A stretch of DNA of 64,000 nt, taken from positions 1-64,000 of the forward strand of contig JAUCBJ010000009.1 of assembly GCA_032718475.1 (NCBI GenBank). Reading direction: 5' to 3'. The translations under genes and the position numbers were made by a program. This document shows, one piece after another, positions 51,072 to 64,000 of the stretch; position 1 is the first letter of the stretch; every line of letters begins with the position of its first letter. This DNA is from Nemertoderma westbladi. Taxonomy: Eukaryota > Animalia > Xenacoelomorpha. The notes beneath the pieces were generated by a model. That model was not told the DNA's origin and did not search any database. It saw only the letters and a list, made by a program, of their open reading frames with translations.

Positions 51072-52788
51072 ATAGTACTTAGCATAGTAGCTGAGTCGAT
51101 AGTAAATGTAACTCCTTGGAGTCCTTCTTTATGTTTATCCCACTTACACCTGGTTTACCTCAAGTTAAATAATTTGATGTTCTGGAATTAATATTTGTGG
51201 CAATGACCTCCGCTATCCATGGGCTACCATTAAGGGCCTTTCTATTTTGTTTCAATGGCATTCTCTAATCAGGCATGGTGTCTATGGATGGTGCTATTTG
51301 TGAGATAAAAATATGTATTGAACAGCCAGCCATAAATGAATAAATAATGAAGTTGTTTTATCAGTGAGATAATGTTCGGTAAATTTATTACAATTTGCGG
51401 GTTCCTTCCAACTTACGGCCCCCCGGCAGCTGCCCTCCCCACCCCCATTATTCCGTCCCTGCTCATTTACCACACCAACCCAACACAATGCCATATTGAG
51501 AAGTCATAAAGCAATTTTTGTCCTTAAAGGGGCAACAGATAACCTCTGGATATGTTGCCCAGGACATCCCGTGATTATGGTTGCGTTTACGGCCGGGATT
51601 GTCCTTACAGTATACCTACAGGTACAGTACTGTATGTGTAGAATAATGTGGGAAAGTTGAATCTACAGTAGTACAGTTTTTACTGTTGTGTATGCGGTAT
51701 AGAAATCATTAACATCAGAAAGTGTTTATGTGTATTTTACTATGAAATATACTTTATTTCAATTTAATACACGGAATTATCTGTAATAAATTGCCCTATC
51801 CTAAACAACACAAACAAACATACAGAGTCACTGTAAGTTCACCCTATTTATTATTGCGTCCATTGTGGCCAGCAGCGGACGAATATTTTCCCCTTCGAAA
51901 ACCACGGTTCAGAGTATGACCTCTCTATAATTGCTAGTCTCTCCATCTTTGAACCATGGATGTAAAACGTCCCCCCCCCCCCCGTCTCGTATTGGAATAA
52001 CGTTTAAGCAGAAAAATGAGAATGATAATGACATTTGTGATATGAATTGATATTTATGACATGTTATAAGAGCCCTCTAGCTGGAGTCTGTTTAACTGAC
52101 TATGACCATAAATTGTCTACCATGTTTTAAAGATTTAAAGGTACAGCTTTATATGTCTCGAAGTTATTACCATTAAATGACTCCTTGATAACAAACATAG
52201 ACCCTCAAGTGCCAGGCCCCTGCCTGATACAATCCTGTGCCAGATATTTCTTCCCGTAGAACTTGGTTCCATTATCGGCCTACATAATATAAATGCACTA
52301 TGATTATTATTATACCAGGATATTAGCTAATTCACATTATATTACATTCACATCACATTATAATTACACAAGATATTTTGGCTCTAATCAGACGCCATAA
52401 TATTGTACTTGGTTAAATTCAATGAGCTTGACATGAATATGGATGAGCCAAAAACGTGCTTTATCCATATCCAGGCTGCGTTAACTTTTAAATGACTAGA
52501 ATATGAAAGGATAAATTAATACTATACCAAATATACTGTATACTGGGTTTTTTTTTACTACATAACGGGGACTATTGTTCCAAAAACCATTTGAAAATGA
52601 CCGATTGTTTTCCCGTTGCTCACCAACCGAGATTATGTAACCTTAGTCTACATACAGTATTTATTTTGCAACCCAGATTCGCCTCACGACCAATTTACAA
52701 TAGGCCTACCTCATTTGATATGAGATAGAATTGGACATTCTTAATATTAATTAATGTTTGAATAATCACATTCATTATTGTGGATACG

Positions 52789-54504
52789 ATGGGTTGTCTG
52801 AAATTCCTTAAAGTGAATTATAAACTACTCATTATCATTTTGGCTCCTTTAATATTTTGCCCTTTACCGGCTATTTTGCCCGGCAAACATTTTATTTGCG
52901 CCTACTGTATCCTAATCATTGCCACCTATTGGGTGTTCGAGGTTGTCCATATCAGCATCACGGCTCTGCTTCCTATGTTCCTCTTCACAATGTTCGGGAT
53001 ATCGTCTGCTACTTCGTTGTACTCAGCTTATATGACGGACACAACATTCCTTATTTTCGGTGGTCTAATTATAAGCTCCGCGGTGGAGAGATGGGACCTG
53101 CATAAACGGATCGCGTTGGGTTTTCTGAGGCATTTCCCACCGCAATATCGGTGGTTGATGCTCGGTCTTATGATAATCACAGGCTTTCTATCCATGTGGA
53201 TAAGCAACACAGCTGTTACGGCAATGATCACGCCCATTGCGGTTGCGATTCTGCTGGAAGTTCGTCAAAATAATAAGAATATATCGGTTATTGTTCAGGG
53301 AAACAATGGAGATCTATATGAAGGAATAGAATCACCGATAGAAATCTCCGAAATTTCAATCCAAAGCCCTGAAGTCGAGGTCAAACCAGTGACGACTGAA
53401 GACTCTTCGATCAGCAACACTAAAGAATTTACAAGCCAAGAGAAAGCCTGCTTGTTATCTATTTGCTACGCAGCTAACATTGGGGGAACAGCCACTCTCG
53501 TCGGCACACCAACTAACCTCATTCTAATTGGGGTTTTAGAAAATTTGTATAATACAGACGACCACCCGATCTCCTTTACATCATGGATGTTGTATGCAAC
53601 TCCGACTGCCATTATCTGTATAATGGTGGCCTGGTTTTGGTTGCAAGCTGTTCACATCAAATGTCAATGTAAACTCAGTCCCGAAGAGAAGGAAAATTTG
53701 GCTCGAGTAAAGCGGATTCTTAAGATGCAATACAAAGCTTTAGGGCCAATGAAGTTCGCAGAGATCGCTGTGTTGTGTCATTTCGTGGCACTGGTACTCC
53801 TATGGATGTTTCGCGATCCTAAAATATTTCCAGGATGGTCCTTTCTTGTTTTGCCAGAAAATTACAAATTTATCAGAGATGGCACAGTAGCTACTGTGAT
53901 AACATTCAGTTTATTTGTGTGTCCCTCCGAGAAGCCTAACCTCAACAGCAACAAACGTGTCCCAGCCCTCTTAGATTGGAATTACATGGTCCACCACGTA
54001 AATTGGGGGATCATACTGCTCCTAGGTGGGGGCTACTCCATAGCTACCGGAGTCAGAGAATCTTGCTTATCGGAATGGCTGGCTATCCAGTTTATTGGCT
54101 TAAAATCAATCACCCCTTTGGTAGTGATGCTGATTATTATCACTGCTGTGGCTTTCGTAACCGAAGTTACCAGTAATACGTCAACCGCTAATATAATGCT
54201 ACCGGTATTAGCTCAAATGGCGGAAGGTATTGGTGTTAATCCTTTATATCTTATGGTGCCAGCGACCATAGCCTGCTCATACGCTTTTATGATGCCAATT
54301 GCCACGCCCCCAAACGCTGTGGTTTTTGCTTACGGGTCACTAAAGATGATGGATATGGTTAAAGCAGGTATCATGATGAATGTGATTTGCATAGGAACAG
54401 TGTTGCTAACAACTTCGACACTTGGCGACGCTGTTTTTGGTCTTGGGGAACCAGCAACATTTGGGAATATTTCGAACGCAAGTCCCATAGATTGTAAATT
54501 TTGA
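52789..54504 (+). CDS. SLC13/DASS family Na+-coupled di/tricarboxylate or sulfate transporter (INDY-like), 571 aa, intronless
   Basis: Multi-TM protein with LHKRIAL, two SNT motifs (SMWISNTA, TEVTSNTS), YAANIGGTATLVGTPTN and CSYAFMMPIATPPNAVVF. First ATG is at 52789. The paralogue within SLC13 is not assignable by eye. Confidence 0.95.
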   Translation: MGCLKFLKVNYKLLIIILAPLIFCPLPAILPGKHFICAYCILIIATYWVFEVVHISITALLPMFLFTMFGISSATSLYSAYMTDTTFLIFGGLIISSAVERWDLHKRIALGFLRHFPPQYRWLMLGLMIITGFLSMWISNTAVTAMITPIAVAILLEVRQNNKNISVIVQGNNGDLYEGIESPIEISEISIQSPEVEVKPVTTEDSSISNTKEFTSQEKACLLSICYAANIGGTATLVGTPTNLILIGVLENLYNTDDHPISFTSWMLYATPTAIICIMVAWFWLQAVHIKCQCKLSPEEKENLARVKRILKMQYKALGPMKFAEIAVLCHFVALVLLWMFRDPKIFPGWSFLVLPENYKFIRDGTVATVITFSLFVCPSEKPNLNSNKRVPALLDWNYMVHHVNWGIILLLGGGYSIATGVRESCLSEWLAIQFIGLKSITPLVVMLIIITAVAFVTEVTSNTSTANIMLPVLAQMAEGIGVNPLYLMVPATIACSYAFMMPIATPPNAVVFAYGSLKMMDMVKAGIMMNVICIGTVLLTTSTLGDAVFGLGEPATFGNISNASPIDCKF

Positions 54505-57472
54505 TTCCTTCGAAATATCGTATTGCTGGTCTTCAGCATTAATACTGAACTAACAATAGAACATTTAAAAATTGTTTAACTCTGTAGGCCTAACGCTTTT
54601 AAGTATAAATACTGTACATATAATGTAATGTATAACTTTATACGGCGGTTGACATTGTACTGTACATATTACGGCGGGTAAGGATCCATGCTGTAGCGTC
54701 CATAGGATATAGCATTGAAGTACCGGTTCGGTACCCTACATATCCTTTTTGATGTAAAGGATGTGGGTAAATAATCAATATATTACTTTTATTTCCACGG
54801 GATGAAACTACTTCTGGGATGATAATGAATCCTTAATAGGCCTACAATTGGGAGAATTAGGGTAGGGCCTACAAACCGATCATGGAGAATGCAGCCATGG
54901 CCTACATGCAGCGGTGTCAGGTTGTACTACAGCATACTGTCTTAGTAGTGGTAGCACAAATAGCTCTAAAAATTTCGCGATTCCTATATTTGTACACTAC
55001 GAGGTTAAAAGGAAGCATGTGATGCGATTAATACTACAATTGTACTGTACCAATAAAATATAAGTTATTTTCGGTAAATAAACTTATAATTCGAGGTTAA
55101 GACCCTTAGATCAGTTCCTTATAATAAATGTATTCTATTCAATGGGACTTCCAAATCCTGGACAGACAATTGAATGCAGCCCATCATGCGTATCCGAACG
55201 TATCCCCTAATACGTATCCGTAGGATTTCACCTGACTTCCGGATCCATAATCCCTAAAAGAATCAGTCATTCACATGCTCATGCTCAAAGCAAGTCATCG
55301 CTGGAGCTTATGCCCTTACGAGCAAACATTTTTTGATCGCTGTCAAGGTTTACTTTAAAAAATTGGGTCTTTTTGAAGTTTACAAAAAGATCAACTCTAG
55401 AAGCAACCGGCTCCAATGATATGAAAATTATAATTAAAAATATGGAGGTGAGAGTCCTGGCCATTGAATTAAGACACCATGATATTCGGTCCCGGGCGTG
55501 GTATATTTAGGTTACTGATGAAAAAATATACAATTTACTCCAATGAAATTATTTGGGGAAACCCAACTAACACTATTTTATTGTAAAATCGATGTTGCAA
55601 AAGGAAAAAAATATGAATTAAGAATTTTTGTTGACGCATCTTTTTACCATGATTGACCGGACTATTTATCAGGCAAGGTAACAGAATTGAAAATGTATGT
55701 ATGCTTCATGAATTGTTTCTTGTTACTAAATGTGATCGCTTGTAAAGCAATATTTCTTAGCAGATTACTATCTTCCAACTTTATTGAGATTCAATCACTG
55801 TTATTTAAATCAAATTATTAATTTGAAAAAATATGATTAATCTTTTATTACAGCTACTATTTATATTGCTAAAGAAAATGAATAGTATTAATACCATCAA
55901 ACAGGCAAACTAAAATTATAATCGAATACCCATAATATGTGTATCGTTTATATTTAAAAGCCATAGGCGATCTCAATAACTTATCAGTAGGGAGAGAAGC
56001 TAATCTGCACCATTCTTTGAATGGTAAAGAAGTTTTTCTTCTAAGTGATGAATTGGGCTTTGATGAATTCCTTGAATTATATTATAGCCCTGGGCATTTG
56101 GGGTCCGTACCAAACCCCACTTGCTCAATCTGATTACCTTCCTACTGAATTATGTATTAAATGAAATATCTCAACCGTTGCCAATCTATATTTGAATATT
56201 ATAATAATACAGTAGTAGTGCAGCGCCAGCGTTGAGTAACGCTTATGTCATGAGTCTCTTGAGGCTGTCAAACGCAGCAAATATAAAGAGCGTAGCGTGT
56301 CCAGGTGGTAGAGATTGCAGGTTTCACACCACCTAATTTAGGCATTTGGTGGAGTGGCTCGGCAACTTCTATATTCTGCAAAATGCTTTGGCGTGGAAAC
56401 TGGCAGATAGACGCAAAATGTGCCTTCGTGGTTCCCGGTCGACAGTAGACGGCTAACTTCAATTTAATTGGAAATAAAAAATTAAAAAATTGGAAAAAAG
56501 GGGTTAATAAACATTATGTCAACTTAACCTCGTTCTGGTGAATTAATCGTAACGCTGCAAAGTACTACTTTGCAGCTTTGCGGCCGATAGGACGGAACAC
56601 TGTAAAGTAATCAATAACCTGTAAACAACTTCAATTACCGTATTCCAGAATGTATTATTTCCATTCATATTAATGCGTGCTGCTTTATTATCCAGTTTGC
56701 AGTGACGGGACTAGCTATTGTATGTAAATAATTGTTTAACGTGTACTGTAATCCATTATGGCGAAACGTCCAATAGAGGACACTTTAGAGAAAATGAGCT
56801 AAGAAAATGGCGACAGTGTTCAGTAAAACTGAACGGACATAGACGGTGACTCAGTTTGTTTCAGTCGACCAAAGTCAAGATGGATTAACGATTTATCACA
56901 TCCATGCAAGAGATAACTTCCAATAAACTTATACTGTAATTAGATTTAAATTCATAATTAATACTGTGTACCTGTTAATACAGTAAATATATATTTTATT
57001 CGATATAGTACAGGATTAAAGTGTTTAAATGAGTACCGGTATCCATAAAATCCATTCTTCACATACCGAACGCTGATACGTTGACATAATGAAACAAAAT
57101 TACATACATCATTGCTTGCAAAGGTCACTTTTCAGCGTTATATAGACCCTTGTTTATTTATGTAAACCTCCCTCGCTACTATTAAAGTGGTGGCAAAACA
57201 TGTTAATTTACTGTATGCCACCACTTACTGTAGTCTTTTATCTGGGCCTACAGTATTTCAGATAGATATCGTCCATCGAAGCTTCTTCCATAGTGAAATA
57301 CCGGTATATGAAGTGAAATACGGTAACAAAATAGGTAATATAGGGCCAAATATGATATTATAATATTCTAGAATATTAAATAACCTATGGATACCATCAC
57401 GTATTCTATTTAAATGCAATATTATTATTAATGTCATGGAAATTACTTTGAAATTAAATATATAAAAGGGGC

Positions 57473-57903
57473 GTAGATGTGATGCAGCCAACATTGGGGA
57501 GTAGATGTGATACAGCCACCATTGGCTTAATGTGCTGCAGCCACCATTGGGGGTAGATGTGGTGCAGCCAATATTGGGAGATGTGGTGCAGCCACCATTG
57601 AGGAGTAGATGTGGTGCAGCGACAATTGGAGAGTAGATGTGGTGCAACCACAGTTGGGGAGTAGATGTGGTGCAGCCGCCGTTGGGGAGTAGATGTGGTG
57701 CAGCCACCAATGGAGAGTAGATGTGGTGCAGCCACCATTGGTGAGTAGATGTGGTGCAGCCACCGTTGGGGACTAGATGTGGTGCAGCCACCATTGGGGA
57801 GTAGATATGGTGCAGCCACAATTGGGGAGTAGATGTGGGGCAGCCACCGTTGGGGAATAGATGTGGTGCAGCCACCATTGGGGAGTAAATGTGGTGCACC
57901 CAC
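57473..57903. repeat. 28-bp minisatellite (~15 units)
   Basis: Unit GTAGATGTGGTGCAGCCACCATTGGGGA. Confidence 0.95.
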
Positions 57904-59253
57904 AGTACACAGGCAGGGTAGATAGACATACAAACAGATGAAAAAAGTAAGTCGAAACTGTTTTTTTCAAATTTGAACAAAACTCACAGAAAAAAACATT
58001 CACTGTATAATTCTTAATTTTTACGTTTTTTTGTCGCACTGTGTTGCTTTTAAGCAACATGTTGTGAAAACACACAAATTTATAAAATTTTGTCACTAAT
58101 GATCTTCAACATTAATCCATAACAAAAGCACAGATAATGATTACCTGAAAAAATTTAAAGGTGGGCCAGTCCCAGTAGGCCTAATACAACAGTGCTAGGC
58201 TGCTACTGCATTGCAGTACTGGCTGACTGACTACCTGACCGACTGACCGGCGGGCAAACTACATTTAGAAACCTGGGCAAACTCCTTTTTAAACCTGCTC
58301 ACTACATTCTAGAATCGACGTCGGAATGATTCAACGTCTAACTGCAATGTTACATTGTTACAGTGATAACTAACAGTCAACGTTGATGCAACGTTTCTGT
58401 GTTACCTGGGAATAAATCGATCAGCTGATATACGAAGTCATACTTTTTGGGATTTTATTATTGCTGTAGGGTAAAAAACCAATATTTCAAAGTTGTGTTA
58501 CTCGATCATACGAAAATAAAATTAATAATATAATATATCAAATTAAACAAGGAAGGCAGGGCATTACGATTACGGTGCTTTGTGTCACTTTTGTTTGTTG
58601 GGCATGGATATCGCATAATATTCCATTAGATACTACTAAGTATTCCACCTATCTTTGCCTTGTTTTATTTAAAAAACAAAGGGTTAAGCCGAATTAGGAT
58701 GATGTAGATCGGACAACTGATTATACTATGCAATTTTCTGATATCAAACTCCTTTTATAGACGCACATTTACGTTTAGTTTATCTTGTGTTTTGGGGATT
58801 TTCACGGAAATTCGGATAGATGGAATTTATGGCAATACCTAAAAACGGTGGTGACAACAGTCAGCCACAGTAAAAAAAATGGTCGACCATTATCAAAATT
58901 GGCCATAAACAATGTGAATAATAGTAGATGGCAGTCATAAAAGTAATTCTGCCAAAGTTTCAGCTCCGCATATCGCCTGCAAGTCGTAGGAAAACAGTTA
59001 GACGTCTGGTGACAACACACAAAATGTCCGGACAACACTCAAATCATGAATTCAGTATTCATATAGGCGTTTAAAGATTGCAAGAAGTATTGTTCGCTGA
59101 AGGCCATTTATTCTATTTAATAAATACAAGATGTTCTGGAACATTTTGTTTAAGTATGGATAGCGACACAATAGATCTATTGGATAGGCATTCCGCTGTT
59201 GCCTACCAACTCATAAAATAAATAACACGTTCTAGAATATTGTGTATTTATTA

Positions 59254-60857
59254 GGGTCAGGTCCCCAGATCCTACTACCACTATGGCAGTAATGTGGTAC
59301 TACCTGTAGCTGTCAGCATAGTAGGGCAGGCCCGATAAGCGCCAGTAGCCTATTCATTATTTAGTTGATCAAGAGTGGGTTGGTTTTAGCCCCGTCAACT
59401 AATAAGTCATTGAGGACTATAGCGCCTGGGGCACCATTGAAGGCAAAAGGCTTGATACGCATCTGCAATAGAGATGATACACGCCCCTCTCTGTCTATAC
59501 TGGATACCTAACCCAGGAGGCACACTTGTTTCAGGGTGTAACAAAAGGACACCTACAGTCGGCAGCAGGGCTGTATGGATAGGCGGAAGGTAATCAACCA
59601 ACGGCTAGACATCCTGACAAGGTCGGCGGAAGGTACAGTAATCAACCAACGGCGACCTACTGCGAAGACGCTTGTAGGAGTTGCAACCACAAGTGGTTTA
59701 CTCTCGCAACTGAAAGATATAAGTATGAGAACCATCCAGGAGAAATACCGGCTCGGTCGTCGCTCGTGTCAACAAGGACCGCGTCCCTCAGTAGTACACC
59801 AGGCTGGGGTCGATAAATTGGCTACTGGAACAGAAGACAGAGAAGAAAGAACAACCAACCTGTTGAAATGTAAAACGACACTAAAGATTGCTACAATGAA
59901 CACACGCACGCTGAAAGCACATAGCAATGGCAATGGCACATAGCTGGCAATGGAATATAATTGTCTCCAATCAGGATTACAGTTTGGGGTAAATGGATGG
60001 ACGTTAGTAACAAGCTCAGCAGTAAGAAACTCGGCCAATGCATCAATTGGCGGAGTAGGAATTCTGCTTAGCCCGTTTGCACTTAAGACCCTAAACATTA
60101 TCTGCATCCAAGAACATCGGATTTGTCATAAAGACACTGCCATGAAGTACAATGACATTGGAAATGGATGAACGTTAGTAACAAGCTCAGCAGTAAGAAA
60201 CTCGGCCAATGCATCAATTGGCGGAGTAGGAATTCTGCTTAGCCCGTTTGCACTTAAGACCCTAAACAACATCGTATCTATAAATTCCAGGGTTATGAAG
60301 GCAACATTTGATGGGAATCCCAAGACAACAGTTACATATATAAAGGCTTGGGTTTGGGTAGCTCTATCAAAAATGGATACCATCTGGAAATCGATCTCTT
60401 CAGGCACCTGAAGACTAAGTTCTTTCGAGCCACAGTGGAAAGTGTATTTTTATACGGGGGTGAGACATGGACACTGACTAAATCACTTGAACAACGAATT
60501 GATGGTTACTACACAAGACTACTAAGGGCAGCCCTAAACATCAGCTGGAGACAACACATGACAAACGCCGAGCTTTATGGTACAATACCACCTGTATCAA
60601 CCACCCTCCGTGAACGCAGATTAAGATTCAGTGAGCACTGCTGGCGAAGTAAAGGCGAGGTCATACCAGATCTACTTCTCTGTCAACCAACACATGGAAA
60701 GCGTAGTCGTGGACGACCGGCCATAACATATATAGATCAACCTGAAAGGGATACTGAACTTGGGAGAAACGAAATTGCGACAACTATGGAGAATCGGGAA
60801 GCCTGGAAGGATCTATTTCCGCTGTCCGAGTTCGCTCGACCTACAGTAGTAGTAGTA
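59254..60857 (+). mobile_element. Internally deleted RTE-clade LINE (second family) inserted into a MITE
   Basis: APE start (LKIATMNTRTL, IICIQEHR, GGVGILLS) joined directly to a post-RT region (FFRATVESVFLYGGETW, RRLRF, RGRP); (GTA)n tail; ~10-bp TSD GTATTTATTA/GTATTTAATA. Confidence 0.85.
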
Positions 60858-62771
60858 GTATTTAATAAATAGAATAAATGGCCTGCAGCGAACGATAATT
60901 CTTGCAATCTTTGAACGCCTATATCTCAGCTGTTTCTCAACGAAATTCATATATTGTTACATATTTCGAATCCTTGCAACGCAAGCTTTCTAATGATATG
61001 ATAAAATTACGACTAATGTAAAGAATGGCCACGACACGGAGGGTGCGATTTCGCAAGACACTTTTTTATAACGCTTATAAAAAAAATTTTAAAATCGAAA
61101 ATTCCGGCTTCATGGGGTCAACGACGGTGAGTGGAACTACAGTACTTAGTTGTGTTTCAAATTTCAAGCAATATGATAAAGATTTGTAGAAAAATCTGGG
61201 GGGGGGGGGGGGGGGTGGGGTCCGTGTCATCAGAAAATGACACTATATTACGGTTCATGGTGTACATGGTTATTAATACATAATCAGAAATTTTCTAGAA
61301 CATTGTGTATTTTTATTAAATATAATAAATGGCCTGCAGCGGAAGCAAATACATTCAAATTTCGAATGCCCATATTTCAGCTATTTCACAACCAAATTCA
61401 AATAATTTTACATATTATTTGGAATCCTTGCACGGTGAGCTTTCCACTACAGTAGTACCAACAAATCACTACAGGTTTGAAGAATAACTGCGGTGAAACT
61501 GATGCAATTTCGTCGGAGACACCTTTTTTAAACGCTTTTAGCTAAAGAATGAACGCAAAAATAAAAATTCTGGCTCACCCAGTCAGTGGTCGGGAGGTGA
61601 AACTATCTCTGTTTCAAATTTCATGCAATCTCATTAAGATTTGTAGAAAAATGGGGGGGGGGGGGGGGGGGTACCTGAATAACGACACTATATTCCAGGA
61701 CATGTTGTATTACCATCCATTCATTGTGCAACCAGTTGGTTCATATAGTGCAGAGGTGAAATAGTTTCCACCGCTACGCTACACTGTGCTACCGGTATTA
61801 CAGTAATCTGTAGTATATTTAACATCAGTTGATTAACAGTAAAGTTCAGAAGCAAACTCTTTATACACTGGCCTACGGCCAAGTAGTCAACCAACAGTCA
61901 GCTGTAACCATAGCGCGAGCGCGTAGGGAACATCACCACAGTCAACCCGGTCGGGATCCCACGCCGACCAGGATCCCGTCACAAATAAAATTGTGTTCTA
62001 GAACAAAATGTTTATAAAATTGATAGCTAACACGTGTTCTACTGTAACCTTTATAAAAAAGTAGAAAAGCAAAGATAGCATAAAAAATATATAAAATATG
62101 TTCTTACGGTGGTGATTTGCGGCCATATTTACTTTTTTTTTTATATAATTCAATTTCTTTTCCTTTTTTTCTGATTATTTCCGTCCACATTTACTTTTTC
62201 AGAAATAATTATATTTCTTTTGCTTTTTTCTATTAACTGTTCCTCAATTACTTTTCCTTTTTTTTCTATCAGCTGCGTTGACTGTTGTACTGTACGCAAG
62301 GCGTACTACTGTATATACAAGGCCATGCCACCGAGTTAACTAGGGGTGGTGACTGGGGGCAAGATTTTTTTTACAACAATTTGATATTTTGATATGGGGA
62401 GAGTGCTATAAATTTTAATTTGCTGCAATTTGGTCAATGGACGTACTTGAAGCATCCTCGTAATGTAAGATACAAAATTTTATGGTAACTAGTGTTTTAG
62501 GTAGGTTTAGCTAGTAATTTCGACACTGGTTCCGAGATCCTACTTCCCTCTATAAATATTTTGTACTGTAGTAGCTAGTTCTTGTTACTATTTGTATAGA
62601 AAATGTTCCAGAACATATTAGCTATTCATTTTTTTTGAAAAAAATATTTTCTAGAACAAATATTTTTGTTCAAGAACATTTTTTAGAAAAAATTCTGGAT
62701 TATATTTAAAATGCATGGAATCGTTCTAAAAGGGTTAATATACGTGTTAATACGTGTTGTATTCTTATTGC

Positions 62772-64000
62772 CTCACGACAAAGCAATGTCCTGCAAAGCG
62801 GAGGCGATTTTATTCTAGTGTCAAGCTTGGGGGAACCAATAAGACACCTCCAATGTTATATAGTGTCTGGTTGGATATGTGTGCATTGTACTTGACACAA
62901 TGAACCCGGCGTAGCATTCTTGTGAATGTGCCATCCAGAGATTTGGTGTCCTCAGTAGTTAGAGCCCAGCATGGAGTCCCATAGAGGAGTACTGGAACTA
63001 CTGCTGCTCTAAATAATCGGACCTTAAGTTTCCGATTAATTCTCGGTGACTTCCAAATCCTGGAAAGCCTATTCAAGGCTGCCCATGCCTTTCCCTTACG
63101 TATTCGAAGGTCCTCACCTGACTTCCGGGTCCATGATCCCAGGTAACAGAAGTCGTCCACATGCTCAAGCTTACCATCCTTTGAGCTTATGCTCATCCGA
63201 TCAGAGACTTGCTGAGGACTTTCAAAGTTAACTGGCAAAATTTTGGTCTTTCTGGAATTAATAAAAATACCAACAATAGAAGCAGCATGTTCTAATGAGA
63301 TGAGGAGCCGTTGAGCTCCCTCTAGTGATTCGGAGAGTACTCCTAAGTCATCAGCAAAGTCTAGATCAGTTAGGTACTTGGCAGGATTTCCTCGACTTAT
63401 GGAGCCAGTAGGTGGAGTTATCATCACCCCATCATTATTATGATGATCTAAGGACATGCGTAGAACATAGTTAACCAGTATTATGAACAAGAATGGCGCA
63501 AGTGTGTCTCCCTGGAGGACGCCCCATAGCACTTCAAATGGTTCTGTGTCACCGTCAACAGTAAACACAAATGTTGTCGAACCATCGTATATGTACTGAT
63601 CTGATTGCTGCAATAATTTCATCAGGAATCACATATAATGAAAGTATGCTGAACATACGTGAGCGAGAGACTGAATCAAAGGCTTTGAAGAAGTCAACAA
63701 AGATAACAGCCAGATGCATGTCTTTCTTTTTTGATAACTCTTAAATTATCCTTCTAAGTGCCAAAATGGGCTCCATGGTCCCACGACCTTTACGGAACCC
63801 ATTCTGATTTCCACGGAGCAGTCTCTCAATGGGATCCCTGATCTGATGCGATTTAATAGAATTCAATTGTATAGCTTTGCAGCAATCGAGATCAATGAGA
63901 TTCCCCGAAAAGAACCATAGAGTGTTAGGTTGCCCTTCTTGGGAACTGGCACCAACTTATTTGTTTTCATTTCTTGTGGGACTCTTGTTGTTCGGTACAT
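62772..64000 (-). mobile_element. RTE-clade LINE reverse transcriptase region, runs off the right edge, 3' end missing
   Basis: ORF 62810-63622 with GVLQGDTLAPFLF, DLDFADD and YLGS; upstream FVDFFKAFDSV and QNGFRKGRG motifs lie in shifted frames. Confidence 0.93.

Noticed and set aside
57258-58096. His/Trp/Cys-rich ORFs
   Set aside because: Translations of a 28-bp minisatellite that cycles through the frames.
59254-59420. HDV-like ribozyme at the RTE 5' end
   Set aside because: I could not build the P1/P1.1/P2/P3 nested pseudoknot by eye; it needs a covariance-model search.

Overview
AT-rich, repeat-dense metazoan genomic DNA (no prokaryotic features). Host genes: a class I histone deacetylase (HDAC1/2, minus strand, only one intron), an intronless SLC13 Na+/carboxylate-sulfate transporter, a single-exon predicted GPI-anchored protein made of 30 acidic 8-aa repeats, and possibly a small type II membrane protein. 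The rest is nested transposable elements, many with ends and target-site duplications (TSDs) resolvable by eye. These include a BEL/Pao LTR retrotransposon running off the left edge and a related solo LTR, a degenerate Academ transposon, hAT-, Mutator-, Sola- and Tc1-like non-autonomous elements, a two-copy element with 5-bp TSDs, RTE and CRE-like LINE fragments, a tRNA-derived SINE and several minisatellites. Three signals stand out. (1) The BEL/Pao element has no tRNA-type primer-binding site (PBS); the 12 nt abutting the LTR are perfectly complementary to a site inside its own LTR (candidate Tf1-like self-priming). (2) A two-box motif CAGGTTACAG-N14-AACCAAAACAATAAACG recurs 9 times in unrelated contexts with conserved boxes and a variable spacer sequence. 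(3) TA(CAG/CTG)TA 5-bp insertions that match Tc1/mariner excision footprints are pervasive. All calls were made by eye; no searches were run.
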